A stretch of 64,000 nt of DNA, from assembly GCF_009914755.1 (NCBI RefSeq), contig NC_060936.1; one strand, 5' to 3'. A program made the position numbers and the translations under genes. This document shows positions 28,612 to 43,776 of the stretch, in pieces. This DNA is from the human T2T-CHM13v2.0 reference genome, Homo sapiens. Each line of letters starts with the position of its first letter. Position 1 is the first letter of the stretch. The notes below the pieces were generated by a model that saw only the letters and a list, made by a program, of their open reading frames with translations, was not told where the DNA came from and did not search any database.

Positions 28612-30019
28612 TTATTGGTTGGTTGGTGACATTCTTGTCCTTTTTCTCTGTAATTGTCAAGATATGTAAATATCACATATTCTGAGGTGTTTTTTATATC
28701 CTGTTTTCTTAACTGTACCTTTTGTGAAGTTTTTGGGGTTTTTTTTTTTGGCTTTTCTGGGGGTCATTAGCCTGAGTGTTTGAATCTGGCAAAGGAATAT
28801 ACTGATTGTTTGATATGCCAGCTAACATCTTTTGTTTGCTGAGGTATATTGTAGACCTCAAGAGACTGTAATTGATTTTAACAACAAACCTTTGAGCTAT
28901 ATAGTTTGATTAAAAAAAAAATAGGTTGTCAAGTCTAAAACATACTGATGTAGCAGTATGTTCAGATGGCCAAGTCATAATGTTAACAAAAGACCCAGTA
29001 AAAGGATTTTAACAAAAAATAAATACACTACTCTTTATGTTACCGTTATGTATTTTCCCCATTTCAAGAATATGCTTTCTTGTTTTATAATGAAATAGAT
29101 TGTTTGAATCTGAGAAAGAAGAGGGGACCTGAGTAGTATTAGCTGCTATCAAATTAATAATTCTTTATCTAATAGCAAAAACAAAAATCATATTAAATAG
29201 CAACATTTAAAAATTAGCTTGAAAAAGATGAACTGTTTCTTTACATTTCTTGAGTTTTAATGACTAATTGAGGGATTATAGTGTTCAGCTTATTTGGAAT
29301 TTAAGAGCTAAAAAGAAAAATTCCATTAGAAAAATACCTTGAAAATGTGTGGGTTTTTTTTTTTTTTTGGCATTTGAAACTTTTGCCCAAGTTTTTGTCC
29401 TCCTTCTTCTCTTGTTTTTAACTGCCTTTTGGATTCAAATGATTTTGGCACTTCTTAGGTTCTTTACAAAATATTTCTGGTGTATATAGCCATTTGAGAT
29501 CTAGACCATAACCAGAAATTTCAGCCAGATGGTTTTTTTCTTTTGGTGAAGCACAGTTTGTAGAGTGCTAACAAAATTGTATTGTATTCAGTGTTATTTC
29601 TGTAAAAAGATTGCTTTGGGTAAGATACATTCTTTGTGTATTTCTTGACTTCTTATATTTTGTTTTGGTTGATGCAAAGTTGCCATGGTTATACTTTTCA
29701 CTAAAGAAATAAGTCCTCTACCTATGGTTATTGGTAACCTCTAGTAGCCTAGATTTTCAGTCCAAATTAAAAGTGCCTAGAGATAAAAGAGTAGAACTAT
29801 TTATGGATTAGAGGATCTGAGAGAATGTCCTAAATTATTTTGCTGTTTTAAAAATTATTTTAACAAAAGTTTAGTAAGTGTACATGATCTAAAATTTAAA
29901 GATACAAAAGGGCTTATTGTGAAAAGCAAGTCTTTTTTCCTACCTTTCTGTCTACTAGGTCCCATGCCCTAAGGCAGTTCCTGTTTATAGCACATTTTCT
30001 TCCTACATTTATAACCACA

Positions 30020-30317
30020 TTCTTTTTCTTTTGAGACAGGGTCTCTTGCTCTGTCACCCTGGCTGGAGTGCAGTGGCGTAATCTTGGCTCATTGCAGCCT
30101 TGACCTCCTGGCCTCAAGCGATCCTCCCACCTCAGCCCTTGAAGTAGCTGGGACCACAGGCACAAGCCACCCACCTGCCTAATTTTTTATATTTTTTATA
30201 AAGACGAGGTTTTGCCATGTTGTCCAGGCTGCTCTCAAACACCTGAGCTCCAGCGACCTGCCCACCTCGGCCTTTCAAAGTGCTGAGATTAATAGTCGTG
30301 AACTACCGCGCCTGGCC
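30020..30317 (-). mobile_element. AluJ
   Basis: Antisense J-type dimer. Confidence 0.88.
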
Positions 30318-30426
30318 CATACGTAGCTTTTTAATGGCTGTATAGTATCCATCAAACGGAATGTACTATAAATTCCTTTTTTGGTGGACATTAAGTTTGT
30401 TTCCTATCTTTGGTGCGTTTCTTCCA

Positions 30427-30723
30427 TTTTTTTTTTTTTTTTTTTTTTTTTGGAGACAGGTACCCAGGCTGAAGTGCAGTGTCACAATCATAGCTCACCA
30501 CGGTCTTGAACTCCTGGGCTCAAGCGATCATTCTGACTCAGCCTCCCAAGTAGGTGGGACCACAGGTGTACAGGTACATACCTCCATTTCCAGCTAAGTT
30601 TTTAAAATTTTGTTGTAGAGACGGGGACTCACTATGTTGTCCATGCTGGTCTCAAGTGCCTGGCCTCAAGTAGTCCTCTCAACTGCTGGGTTTACAGGTG
30701 TGAGTGAGCCACAGTGCTGGGGC
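30427..30723 (-). mobile_element. AluJ, degraded
   Basis: Antisense J-type dimer with a long T tail. Confidence 0.82.
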
Positions 30724-32293
30724 TATGTTTGACTTTTAAAATAATGATTTAATGAATATTGTATACATATTTTGCCCGTGCAAGTACTTTAAAATTAGAA
30801 GTAGAATTTCTGTGTCCGTGGATATACAATAGCATTTTTGATAAATATTTCCAAATTGTTCTTTGTGTATTCATTTCTAAAGATAGAATGTTAGTTTTAT
30901 AAGGTACTCTGCAAAAATATGATTACTAGTTTGGTTATATGCTGTTTATAATTAGATTTATTTTCTCTATTTTTATTAATTATGTGGTTGCAAGCACTGA
31001 TCACTCTTGTGCAAACAACTGGCTTTCACTTGTTTACTTCATCAAAAATGTATTATTTTCATTATTAGCAGTCACTGTAATTTTACTTTATGTGGATAGC
31101 CTGTATCTTGTGAATGAATTGTGTTTAAAAAAGAATTTGACTAGAGGCTGGGGGTAGAGGAAAGGGAGAGTTTGAAATAAGACAAAGAAACAAAAAAAAG
31201 TAATTTGGAATTATGAATCTGTATTTCCATTAAGTCATATAAAATGGAGTAACAGGGAAATGGGAAAATATGTTACTAGTTCCACCCAGGGGATCCTGAT
31301 ATCTGTGATTCAGGTAAGTTGAGATGAACTAGGTCTTGAAGGAGATGATGGAGAGGGATGAAAAGTGGAAATGGCTGTAATTGTCAGGAAGATTTATGGA
31401 ATCTGAGAAAAAGGAAATGGAATGGAAAAGAAGATTTCTAGGGATAAGACAAAGAACCATCTGTATGTTAAGCATAGTTTATTCCTTTTTTTAAAAATCT
31501 CATATATTTTTGGGGGGCAAGCGAGTGGTTACTGTTGAAGTCACTTTAAGGATTGTTTTGGGAGAGAGGATAGCTTGGCTCCATATGGATTTTTTTTAGG
31601 GATGCTCTAACTATTCTTCCCTGACGTGAAAACATACACAAAAGCTCTAACTTAAAAGATAATGTTCTGTCTGTTATAGTCCACTTAGTTTAGAGGTATC
31701 TAGGGCTGGTCTCACTTGGTAGCAATAATTCTCTGTTTGGTTCCATGGTGGAGCAAAACAGACTTGACTGTACAGCCATTGTCCTTCAGATGTGTCTAAA
31801 TTTCTCAGTCTGTTTATGAGCATCAACAAACACTTTGTGCATACTTCTGCCATGGGTTGAATGCGTCTATTTTCCTTTAATTTAGTTTAAAACTAGTAAT
31901 GGAATTCCTGAGGTTTTGAGAGGAATAGTGTTGGCAAATTAAGTTTTGAAACTAAAGACATATTAAGATACCAAGCAAAACAGAGAGACTATTGCTTTAG
32001 AAAGAGATCTTAAAACTCCGCTGACATTTGCAAAGCCAGTGTCTTATATTTATAAAAGCTTTAGATAGGAACTGCTATTTTTCTAAAATTGTTGGTTTAA
32101 AAATAATTGTTACATTTGTGCATTTTAAAAGTTGCTTCTAACACACTTTGGGTATGCTTGAGCTCAGCCTTTTCAGCAAAGTATACAGACATTTGGGCAT
32201 CAGCCTTTTTGGTCTTATTCTGTCTCAGACGATTTATGGATTGTGGATGTCAGGGATTTGATAAGCTCCCATTAAAATATGATGTGGTTTTTA

Positions 32294-32684
<391 letters not shown>

Positions 32685-33440
32685 CTAAAATGGCAAATGA
32701 TAGCACTTGTCATTTTGATGTTTGTGCGTTAAGTGTACTTTCATTCCCTTTAGAAAATACTAGCTGCATATACATAGGATTTAATCAGGAAAATATGCTT
32801 TTTCCCTGATTAAATATCTTTAATACTATTTCATCTGCATTCCATTAATATTCAATCGTGGCCTCAGCTATTTACGTGAATTTTACCCATCAATCCATGA
32901 GCTTTTTTGAGTGCCTACTGTGTGTTAAATCTATCTGTATGTTTTGTTTTCTTGTTAGACTTCTTTTCAGAATTTTTCCAGGGCAAGAATTATGTTTTCT
33001 TATATTTGGCAATTTTGCACAATGCAATTTATACCTTATTGTAATGGGTAGGTGCTTAGAATTTATTCGTCCATTTGTGCTAGACGCTGAGGCTACAAAG
33101 TCCAATAAGGTAAGGACTCTTATCTTCAAGTTCCTTAAATTTTGATAGGCGATAAAATAATTATAGTACCATAATAATTTAAAAATACATCTTTGAGTGG
33201 GCCAGAGCTCTGTCTGTGATGGAGATTTTACTCTGAAGAATGGTAACTAACATTTGTAGAGTGTCTACTCTGTGCCTAGGGCTTCTGTCTCAGTTTTTCC
33301 TCCTAGCAATCTTTCAGTATAAGCATGATATCCAATTTATACATGAGGAAACTCTCTCAGAGAGGTTATATAATTTGCTGCAGCTCATTTAGCTAATGAG
33401 TTGTGGAGCTGGAATTCTAACTCAGTTCTTTCTTTTAAAC

Positions 33441-33548
33441 TGGGGCTTCTAAATGTTAGCATTATTGACATCTTGAGCCAGATACTTCTTTGTTGTGGGA
33501 GACTGTCCTATGCATTGTAGAATGTTTAATAACATCCCTGGCTCTACC
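33441..33548. mobile_element. MER20 fragment
   Basis: cattattgacatcttgagccagatacttctttgttgtgggagactgtcctatgcattgtagaatgtttaataacatccctggc. Confidence 0.75.
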
Positions 33549-33550
33549 TA

Positions 33551-33680
33551 AGGCCAGAGTGAGTCAAGGAGGCACGTAGGACTTAAAATTTAAGGAGGCA
33601 GTCACTCTCAGGATCTTGTAAGTGCTGACCCTATGTTTTATCTCACAGCACCTGAGTAAGTTCTCCTGTGCTATAGCCTG
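33551..33680. mobile_element. MER96-like hAT MITE fragment
   Basis: aaaatttaaggaggcagtcactctcagg...gtgctgaccct. Confidence 0.6.
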
Positions 33681-33690
33681 TTGCTTCTAG

Positions 33691-34149
<459 letters not shown>

Positions 34150-34561
34150 TGACTAATCAGAAATAGCATTTATAAATGCTAAATAAATACTTGCTAAGTA
34201 TTACAGTGCTTAGAAGCTGTAAGTGATGTGTTATGAAACAAACCTATTGCTTCAAATTATTGGAAACTTGTACTATACATGGAATATACTCAGCTTACTC
34301 ATGCCTGGTGGGCCTAGCATTTAGCTGCTAGTCTTGGCTTATTTACCATTAGAAATTCCATTGATTGTTTTCTCATGTCTGTGCCTCAATATAATAAATA
34401 TTTCCTTGTTGTATGGATACATGCACTAATACCTTTTGATTAACTACATGATAAACACAGTCTAGATCGTTTGGGTGGGTAGTTCTCTAGAATGGAGTAT
34501 TTAAAAAATGGAGACTATAATAAAAATCTAAATTTTAGGAGTATTACAAAATAATGCTTAA

Positions 34562-34872
34562 CAGTTTGGGAGGCTGAGGCAGGAGGATAATTTGAGGCCA
34601 GGAGTTTAAGACTGGCCTGGGCAACATAGCAAGACACTGTCTCTACAAAATAGCAACAACAACCAAAACAAAAATTAGCTGGCTGTGGTGGTGCACACCT
34701 GTAGTCGTAGCTACTTGGGTGGTGCACACCTGTAGTCGTAGCTACTTGGGAGGCTCATAGGGAGGATTGATTGAGCCTAGGAGATAGAGGCTTTGTGAAC
34801 TCTGATAGTGCCGTTGCACTCCAGTCTGGATGACAGCGAGACTCTCTCAAAAAGAGAGAAAGGAAAAAAAAA
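34562..34872 (+). mobile_element. AluJ, 5'-truncated, with an internal 31-bp tandem duplication
   Basis: Starts at cagtttgggaggctgagg; duplicated ggtggtgcacacctgtagtcgtagctacttg. Confidence 0.88.
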
Positions 34873-35076
34873 GTGCTTAATTGAATTATTAATAGTATGC
34901 CAGATTTGGAGGCCAAGTAGTTTTAACTTACATTTAGCTTTCTGATAAAGCATTAATATTTGACTTACGATAATACTGATTTTTTTCTTTTAAGTTTTAG
35001 TGTGTTTTTTTGATAAATGGTCAAAACTCTGTCCTAAAACATATTGTCATGGATTTACACTTAAAGCTTGTAGTCT

Positions 35077-35370
35077 GGCCAGGCGTGGGGGCTCACGCCT
35101 GTAATCCCAGCACTGTGGGAGGCCGAGGCGGGCGGATCATGAGGTCAGGAGATCGAGACCATCCTGGCTAACACAGTGAAACCCCGAATCTACTAAAAAT
35201 ACAAAAAAATTAGCCGGGCGTGGTGGTGGGCACCTGTAATCCCAGTTACTCAGGCGGCTGAGGCAAGAGAATTGCTTGAACCGGCGAGGCGGAGGTTGCA
35301 GTGAGCCGAGATCGCGCCACTGCACCTCCAGTCTGGTGACAGAGTGAGACTCCATCTCAAAAGAAAAAAA
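35077..35370 (+). mobile_element. AluSc/Y-like
   Basis: ggatcatgaggtcaggagatcgagaccatcctggctaac; TSD aaagcttgtagtct. Confidence 0.93.
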
Positions 35371-36203
35371 AAAGCTTGTAGTCTGATGAACAAATCCATT
35401 GCAATAGAAAGGAGCCTGTGAACGATAAAATAGGTATATCTACATATTTTTGAAGTGTCCAGCTAAAGTCAAAACAGCAACCTAGTTTGGGTTTGGTAGA
35501 GCTCTTACAGGCTTCAGATCAGGTATATATAAACCAAACGCTTTCACTTATAATAATAGTGTATAACAATTCTAACTTGCAGTTGTATTAGTAGTTTTAT
35601 CATTATTAGGAAACACTCTATACTTTGTAGCTTTTTGCCTAAGGTAACTTTTGGTTAGAGAAGATATTAGTTATCTTTACCATTTGCCTACAAAAATCGT
35701 TGCTTAGGGCATAACAAATAGGAATCATACATTTATATCTAAGAATATAATTGGAACTAAGTGGCTGAAATTAATAACAATAGGTAACAGAGAACAATTC
35801 TATGTGCTAGATGCTATTCTAAGTTACACACACTCTGTCTCTTAATCCTTACATCTCCTGCAAGGTTTAGATATTATTCCAAATGTATGAAAGAGGAAAT
35901 GAGGAAGCAAAGATATAAAATGGATGATATTAAATAAAACTGAAGATAGAATGTTCTAGAGTCAATTCAACTTAGATTCATTTCTTCATACAACAAATCT
36001 TTATTGACTATTGGGCCCTGTTGTCTGTACTGGGGACTGGGGCTGTAGCAGTGAGCAAAGCAAAGTTCCTGCACTCATGTAGCCTACAGGCCGGTGTTTA
36101 GAAAGAGACAACAAACAGATATATAATTCATTGGTGGTAATAAGCGCTATGAAGAAAGAGTTGGTGAAAGGGTTGGAATGTGGGGTGAGCTTAGTGCTCT
36201 TAG

Positions 36204-36559
36204 TGTCTTAGTACATTCGGGCTAATATAACAAAATACCTTAGACTGGGTAACTTATACATAACAGATTTCTTTCTCATAGTTCTGGAGGCTGGGAAGTT
36301 CAAGTGACCAGTAGATTCAGTGCCTGGTAAAGGCATACTGTCTGCTTCATAGATGGTGCCTCTTGCTGTGTCCTCACATGGTAGAGGGGGTAAGATTGCT
36401 CCCTTCAACCTCTTTTATAAGGGCACTAATCCCATTCATGAGAGCAGAGCCATCTTGACTTCCTCACTTCCCCAAAGGCCCTACCGCTTAATACCGTTGT
36501 TTTGGGTACTAGGTTTTAACATAAAATTTTAGGGGGATGCCAACATTCAGACCATAGCA
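36204..36559 (-). mobile_element. MLT1A-type MaLR solo LTR inside an L2 fragment
   Basis: tgtcttagt...ataacaaaataccttagactggg...aagggcactaatcccattcatgag...aacattcagaccatagca. Confidence 0.85.
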
Positions 36560-37345
36560 GATGATAAGGAAAGGGCTTTCTCCTAGAGGTTGCCTGAAGA
36601 GCATGGGAGAGTGAGCCCTGTAGATATTCGGGAGAGAACATTTCAAGAGAGGGAAAAGCAAGTGTAAAAGCTCTAGCTGAGCTAATTTGTTTCTTACTGT
36701 ATTCAAGGAACTGCAGAGAGAGCAAGGGGCCTGGCCATTGTAAATACTTTCACTTTTACTTGGGTGAGATAGAAAGTCCTTGGAGAGTTTTGAGCAGAGT
36801 AGTAGTCTGATCTGGTAAGTCTGCTGTGTTCCACTAGTAGATGTTTCAAATGGTAAGGTGATTATGAGAGTATAACTGTTATTCCAGGAAAAAGATAATT
36901 CCACCAATATCTATCATCAGTCCTTGTTTGTTTTTTCAGATTTTTTTTATGTGTACATTAACTTTAACAGTAGAAACTTGCTATTTTCTCTCATTTTTTT
37001 ATGTGAGATTTATTAACTAAAGTGCTATTTTTCTGAATGTAGAGTGGGCCAGTAGCATTATACTATGTATTTTTAGGATTACAAAGAAGACATAAGTTAG
37101 CCCTGACAGGAAGATTGCAGTCTAGTTGGAAAGGAAATACTAAAATATGCAAAACAATAATTTTATGTTGTGGATCTATTCTATACAAGGAATTAATGTA
37201 TCAAGGGATAAAAGTATAAGGCACAATGACTATCCTCAGACTGCTAATAGTCTAGTAGAGGCTGAGACAGAGAATTTCAAAGTCTACAAGTTTTGAGATG
37301 AGTTGAGTATTAATTCACCTGCCACAAGAGCCGTGAGGTGTAGAG

Positions 37346-37436
37346 CAAGCTTGTCCAACCTGCGGTTCATGCGGCCCAGAATGGCTTTGAATACAGCCCA
37401 ACACAAATTTGTAAACTTTCTTAAACCATTATGAGG

Positions 37437-37485
<49 letters not shown>

Positions 37486-37601
37486 GTTTTTTGTTTGTTT
37501 CGTTTTTTTTTAGCTCATCAGCTCTTGTTAGTGTATTTTATGTGTGGTCAGGACAATTCTTCCAATGTGGCCCAGGGAAGCCAAAAGATTGGACACCCCT
37601 G
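37346..37601 (-). mobile_element. MER30 with an embedded (TG)n (37440-37481)
   Basis: caagcttgtccaacc...ccaatgtggcccagggaagccaaaagattggacacccctg. Confidence 0.85.
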
Positions 37602-40600
37602 GAAAGAATATGAGAAGTGGGGGAAGTCTGGCCTGTGCATGCTTCAGAGAGCTGGTGGAGCTTGAAGAAGTGGAGGATTGGCAGAGGTTATTCAGGGTGT
37701 GGGAAACACTGTGAGCCAAGCACATAAAGTCAGGTGTATTTGTGGTAGTGGGCAAACCAGCCTTGAGCTGAGATTGTGTGTAGGATTATAAAGGAGTAAT
37801 AACACTATTGTTTATTGAGCTTCTATTATGTACCAGTCCCTTCATTACACACTTGATGTTTATAACAACTTTATGAGGTATTATTGGCCCTCTTTTTACA
37901 AATGCTTAGCCAAGGTATCTGGAGGTTAAATTACTTTTGTAGGATGACACAGCTGGCAAATGATGGAAATATTACTTGAGCAGTTTGATTCTAGATACCA
38001 TGAAAATCTATTATATTGGTAGAATTGGGGCTAGATAAGTGCCTAAAAGCTGGCAGAGTAGGCAACTCTTATGATTATAGTCAATAGGAAACTATTAAAG
38101 ATTGTTGACTAGAAGTGTAACCTAGTGAAAACTCTTCAGGAGTATTATTCAGGCAATTGTGTGTATAGTGTATTGGACAATGACCTTTGCAAAGGTCAAT
38201 TTAGAGGACAGACAGGAGGATTTAAAGAGAGTTGAACTAGGATGCTTGAATAGGAATTGAGATGTGAGTCCAGATGGGACCACTTTTTGGAATGTATTTT
38301 TTTCTTGATGATAAAAATATAGAAAACATACAAAGTTACAGGAAAATATGGAGCAGATGGAACTTACTCATTTCTACCATGTACCATGTAGAAATGACCC
38401 CTGTTAATATTTTAGGGCATTCCTTTTCAAATCTGTCCCATATCATGTGTTCCCCTCTGCCCTCCACCCTCCAATTTTGGAGAAAGCATCCACAAGGCTA
38501 CATATCTCCTCTCATAGAGTGTAAAAGTTTTTAAGAAACAACATTCTAAAATAAGATGATTTTATTTGCACACATGATTTTATTTGTGGAATGAATGAGC
38601 TGGTAAATTCTGGAATTCAGTGAATGGAGAGGGATGAATCACAGGTAGCTTCTAGATTTTTAGATTGTGTGAATGGTTATATAGGAGAATCTAGCTAGGT
38701 TTTGATGGTGAAGTTGGAGTAGGGTGGGGGTGGGGGATGATCCAGAAGAAAATGGTGTTGAATTTGATGTGCTGGTATAGTATCCCAAGTTGGAATCTGG
38801 AGCTTAGTTGAGAATTTGGGGTCATCAAATAAGCCAGAAAATGTGGAGAAAAAATTGAGTTTAAAATGGCCACAATTCTGGTCAGAGTAGTGTTTCTGAC
38901 ACTTCAGTTTTTTTGAGGGCCATTCCAAGATTCAGTTATTTCCTTAATATCTTTAAATGACTCTTTTCCTTAAATACATTTATTTAAAGAGAAATTTTAT
39001 ATTGGTACCGTAAATGGAAAACTAGTATCACTGGCTTTGAATAGTTGGCAATGGCAACATTAAAATAACAACGAAATAATGGTATTAACTTTTAGATAGA
39101 TGCTGTTACCTGCTAAATTCTCTGAGCCTAAATCTGCCCAGTAAAAAAAACAAAAAACAACAACAAACGACATGAAGATACTAAGATCTTGTAATTAGAA
39201 GGCTTGAGGGATTGAAAAGCTATTAACTTTCTCATGACATGATTGGTTATTGTATACATTCTACCTAAAGTGGGCATACATCCCACACATCCTAAAGTGG
39301 GGAGCATCAAGGTATGGTAGAGGGAAGAGGAATTGGCAGTGGGAATAGAGAGGAATTGATAAAATACCTTCTCAGTGTGTTAGGAAGTTTTATCTAGAAT
39401 ATAAATTAGTAAATGAAAATGTGGACAAGGTGCCTAACAATGATGAAGAAAATGCATTCTTAGATTTCAAATATAGTATCTATTAGAACATTTCTTTTGG
39501 TTATGATTCTGGTCTTATGATTGAGTCTTAGCAGGCTTATTTAATTCAACCATAATAATTCAGTAAATGACATTTGTAGATACAGGCTTAAACGTGAATT
39601 AGACTGTCATCTTTTTATATATGAACTGTCTCTAAAAAGGAAGAATTCCACCCCTTTTTAGATCCTACTTTGAGGGAATGTGATTATATATAATAGGGAT
39701 AGGGAATAATTTTGAGGAATAGTTTTGTGAGTCATATACAAAGGTATGAACCAACACTGGTCACAGATGTGAAGTTCTTTTTACTTTTGGTGGATGGGGG
39801 AGGAATGAATGTATTAATGGTTTACTTGTGTTTTTGTTATCCTTAAAATGAAAATTTGTCCCTTAATTCTGAACACATTTTTGGAAGTTCTTTAAATTTA
39901 TGCTGATTAAATCATTCTACTTTTCTGTGGATTATGCATAATATTACTTTGTTGTTTTCTACATTATAAAATTAATTTTAAAGAATATCTAAGGGGAATG
40001 TATGTGCTTTCCCTGCCTTCTTTTCAAGCTGAATTGAGATGGTCCCAATTTAAGATGAACTTTTTCTGTTGAAAAAAGACTTGTTTAGGAATTGCCATCC
40101 TTAAAAAAAAAAAATCATTGTATTGCTACATATGATGATTACAACCTCCCCCCTCCCCCTTTAAAAGAATGAGACAAGATATAAATAAATACGTAGTGTA
40201 ATTGCCAGGACACAAAGCTCTGTAATGTACCTGAAGTACAGACTGCTCATGGCACCTAACCACCATTTTTAACAGTGATTCTGTGGGGGTGGAAAGACAT
40301 TCGTGACTCCCGACCAACCAGTGAATCATTTTGGCATGTACCATGTTGAAGTTTGGAATAGAAATAATTGTTTCTAGCAGAAGAGATGTATTAGAATTAG
40401 ATATCTCTTGCTGTTATCTGCTCTTGAATGTGCCAGAAATTGTATTCAGTAGAAGGTATAATTGTTAACATATTTCTTTTGCATTATATTAGGGCTTTTA
40501 AACTTAATTTTGAGCAACATTCAGTTTAGCATAACAAACAAATTAGATGTTAAGTGTTAGATTCACTGTAGAAATATGCTCCACTGCTCATCTGGAGATT

Positions 40601-40879
40601 TTTCTGGTTCTCAGTTTCTTCAAGCATATCAGGATTCTCGAACTCTGGAGGGTGTGGACGGTTGTGTGGAAAGAGGTGATGAATTGGCTGTATTACCTGA
40701 AAGTAAATTCCCCATCTTAATCAGTTGATGTTGGGATTTCATTATCATATTGTTTATTAAAACACCATTCTATTGTTGTTGATATATTTTCCAGGTTACA
40801 AGCATTCTTTACTAGACAGCATTAGCGTAGACATCTGTGGAAGCATGTGTGAAACAACTGTATGGAGAAACACCTATCT

Positions 40880-41194
40880 GTTTTTTTTGTTTTGTTTTTT
40901 TTGTTTTTTTGTGAGATGGAGCCTCCCTCTGTCACCCAGGCTGGAGTGCAGTGGTATGATCTCGGCTCACTGAAACCTCCGCCTTCTGGATTTAAGCAAT
41001 TCTTCTGCCTCAGCTTCCTGAGTAGCTGGGTTTATAGGCACCTGCCACCACGCCCGGCTAATTTTTGTATTTTTAGTGGAGACGGGGTTTTACCGTGTTG
41101 GCCAGGCTGGTCTTGAACTCCTGAACTCAAGTGATCTGCCCACCTTGGCCTCCCAAAGTGCTGGTATTACAGGTGTGAACCACTGCACCTGGCT
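40880..41194 (-). mobile_element. AluS
   Basis: Antisense dimer; TSD aacacctatct. Confidence 0.92.
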
Positions 41195-41315
41195 AACACC
41201 TATCTTTTGTATTAAAGGGACATCATTTATTAGAATGGACTTCACTGAATGCAGCTTTTCCAGTTGATAATGTAGTTATTCCAAGAAATCTTATATATAA
41301 CACAGTTTACTGTGA

Positions 41316-41462
41316 TTTTTTTAATTTTTAATTTTTTTTTTATTATAGAGTTGGGGTCTCACTGGTTGCCCAGGCTGGTGTCAAACTCCGAGGCTCGAGC
41401 GGTCTTCCCACCTCAGCCTCCCAAAGTGCTGGAATTATAGGTGTGAATCACCATGCCCGGCC
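41316..41462 (-). mobile_element. FLAM-C-type monomer
   Basis: Left-arm-only Alu; actgtgatttt on both flanks. Confidence 0.82.
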
Positions 41463-41796
41463 ACTGTGATTTTTGGTTGATGACAGCTTATCCAGCAAAT
41501 ATTTATTGCATGCCTATGTGTCAGACATTTTTTAAGGTGCTCAGTATTCCGCAGAGAACAGGAGACATAATCTCTGTACGGATGGAGCTTTCATTATGAT
41601 AAGTGAGAGGAGCAGCAAGCAAATTAATACATACAGTCTGGTAATTATAAATATGAGGGAAATGAATGCAGTGTGGTTTCAAAGCTATGTACCCCATTAT
41701 GATGACCTTTCTTTAGTTTCCAGGCAAATTTATAGTCTGCCTCTGGTCTTCCTGTTGGAAGTGTTGCTGAAGCTAGAAGTAAATCTACCTACTCTA

Positions 41797-41835
41797 GCAG
41801 CAGCAGCAGCATCAGCATCAGCAGCAGCTGCCGCC
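41797..41835. repeat. Interrupted (CAG/CAT)n trinucleotide tract
   Basis: gcagcagcagcagcatcagcatcagcagcagctgccgcc. Confidence 0.85.
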
Positions 41836-41859
41836 TACAGCCTTTCCCTCCAAGGAGTC

Positions 41860-42430
41860 CCTTATTAATTTTGCTACATAACAAATTACCATAAATTCAG
41901 TGGCACCCACAGTTCTATACATCAAAAATCTGGATACATGTGGCTAGATTCTCTGCTCAGGATATCACAAGGTTGAAATCGAGGTGTCAGCTGGGATGAT
42001 TTCTTGTCTATAGGCTCTGGCAAAGAATCCACTTCTAAGCTCATTCAGATTATTGGCAGAACTGAGTTCCTTGCAGCTGTAGGACTGACGTCTTGTTTCT
42101 TTGTTGGCTGTCAGCTGGGAGCCACTCTCAGCTTATAGATGCTGCCTTTATTCTTTGCCATATGCCCCCCCTCCATTTTGAAAGCCAGCTATGGAGAATA
42201 TCGTTTTTGTCTAATCTCTCACCGACCAGTCTCTCTGACTTCTGTCTTCTAGACCCACGTTTGAAGGATTTTTGAGGTTAGTTCAGGATTATCCAGCTGG
42301 ATAATCCCATTTTCTTAAAGTTAGCCTGATCATGAAAGTAAAATCCCATCATATTCATAGTCCTAGAGATTTTACAGGGTATATACATCATGGAGCAGGG
42401 ATTTTGGATCTTAGAATTCTGCCTACTACT
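41860..42430 (-). mobile_element. MLT1 (D/E/F-type) MaLR LTR
   Basis: taacaaattaccataaattcagtggc...gaatccacttctaagctcattcag...cttagaattctgcctacta. Confidence 0.75.
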
Positions 42431-42834
42431 GACAGTCCCCATTGCATGGCTGCCAGTAAGTGATGCAGTCGCCTCTTGTGTGTGGTGTGTGAAGAGGAGC
42501 ATTAGCAACCCTCCTTTGTACATCTGTCTATCACCAGAGACCATGAGCTTCTACGTGGTGGTAATGGAGATTCTTTTGGGCTGTGGAGAGGAGTTTGGGC
42601 AGTAGTTGGTAGGAACTGCTGAAGTTGTGAAATAGTGTCTTTGCATTTACCTCTTCAGTGCTAGGAGTAAGATGGGGAATGATGGCTTGGAGAAGAAAGC
42701 AGAGTGGAAGGGTAGGTTCTCATGCCCTACATCACCCCTGGGGTGCAGAGTTTAGCCATTTTATAGAAATGAGAACAACACCAGTGCTTTTATTTTTTAA
42801 ATCCCAAATGAAAATTAGTATTAAATTGCTTTTA

Positions 42835-43313
<479 letters not shown>

Positions 43314-43387
43314 TTAAGGGAATTTAAAGCATAGAACCAGGAGACTGAAGTGAGAGTTTATTTAAGAACACCAAATAAAACAAAGTA

Positions 43388-43484
43388 CAGATGATCCCTG
43401 ATTTACAATGGTGCTACCTTTGATTTTTTGGCGTCACAATAGATTTATTGGGATGTAATCCCTTCACAAGTCAAGGAATATTTA
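43388..43484. mobile_element. Tigger5/MER47-type short MITE (~97 bp)
   Basis: TA-flanked cagatgatccctgatttacaatggt...ttattgggatgtaatcccttcacaagtcaaggaata. Confidence 0.6.
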
Positions 43485-43776
43485 TATACATTATAGAGGG
43501 AAAATAACATAAGTCTGCTATGTTAACAGTTGCATCCCATTATAAAAAATATATTTTTTCTCATAGATTATTATAATTTAATAATGTTCTTTTTATTTAA
43601 TGTATGCTTTAAACATAAAATGTGCATTATGATAACTTTAAAAACACAAATAACTTTTCCTTCTTTCTCAAAGTAGAATTACAACCTGATGGAAATAAAT
43701 GGACAACTATTTCCAGTTCCCCACTTTTTAAGTTGCTTACAGTTGTGCATCTGGTGGTAGAAGCCTAATCCCCCAT

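Noticed and set aside
31295-31319. Strong donor CAG|GTAAGT and a 16-nt match (atatctgtgattcagg) to ~7523-7538
   Set aside because: No convincing acceptor upstream; a single short match without flanking similarity is most likely chance.
41596-41868. 90-aa ORF with a poly-Ala tract
   Set aside because: Comes from an L2 fragment plus the GCA microsatellite; no splice or coding support.
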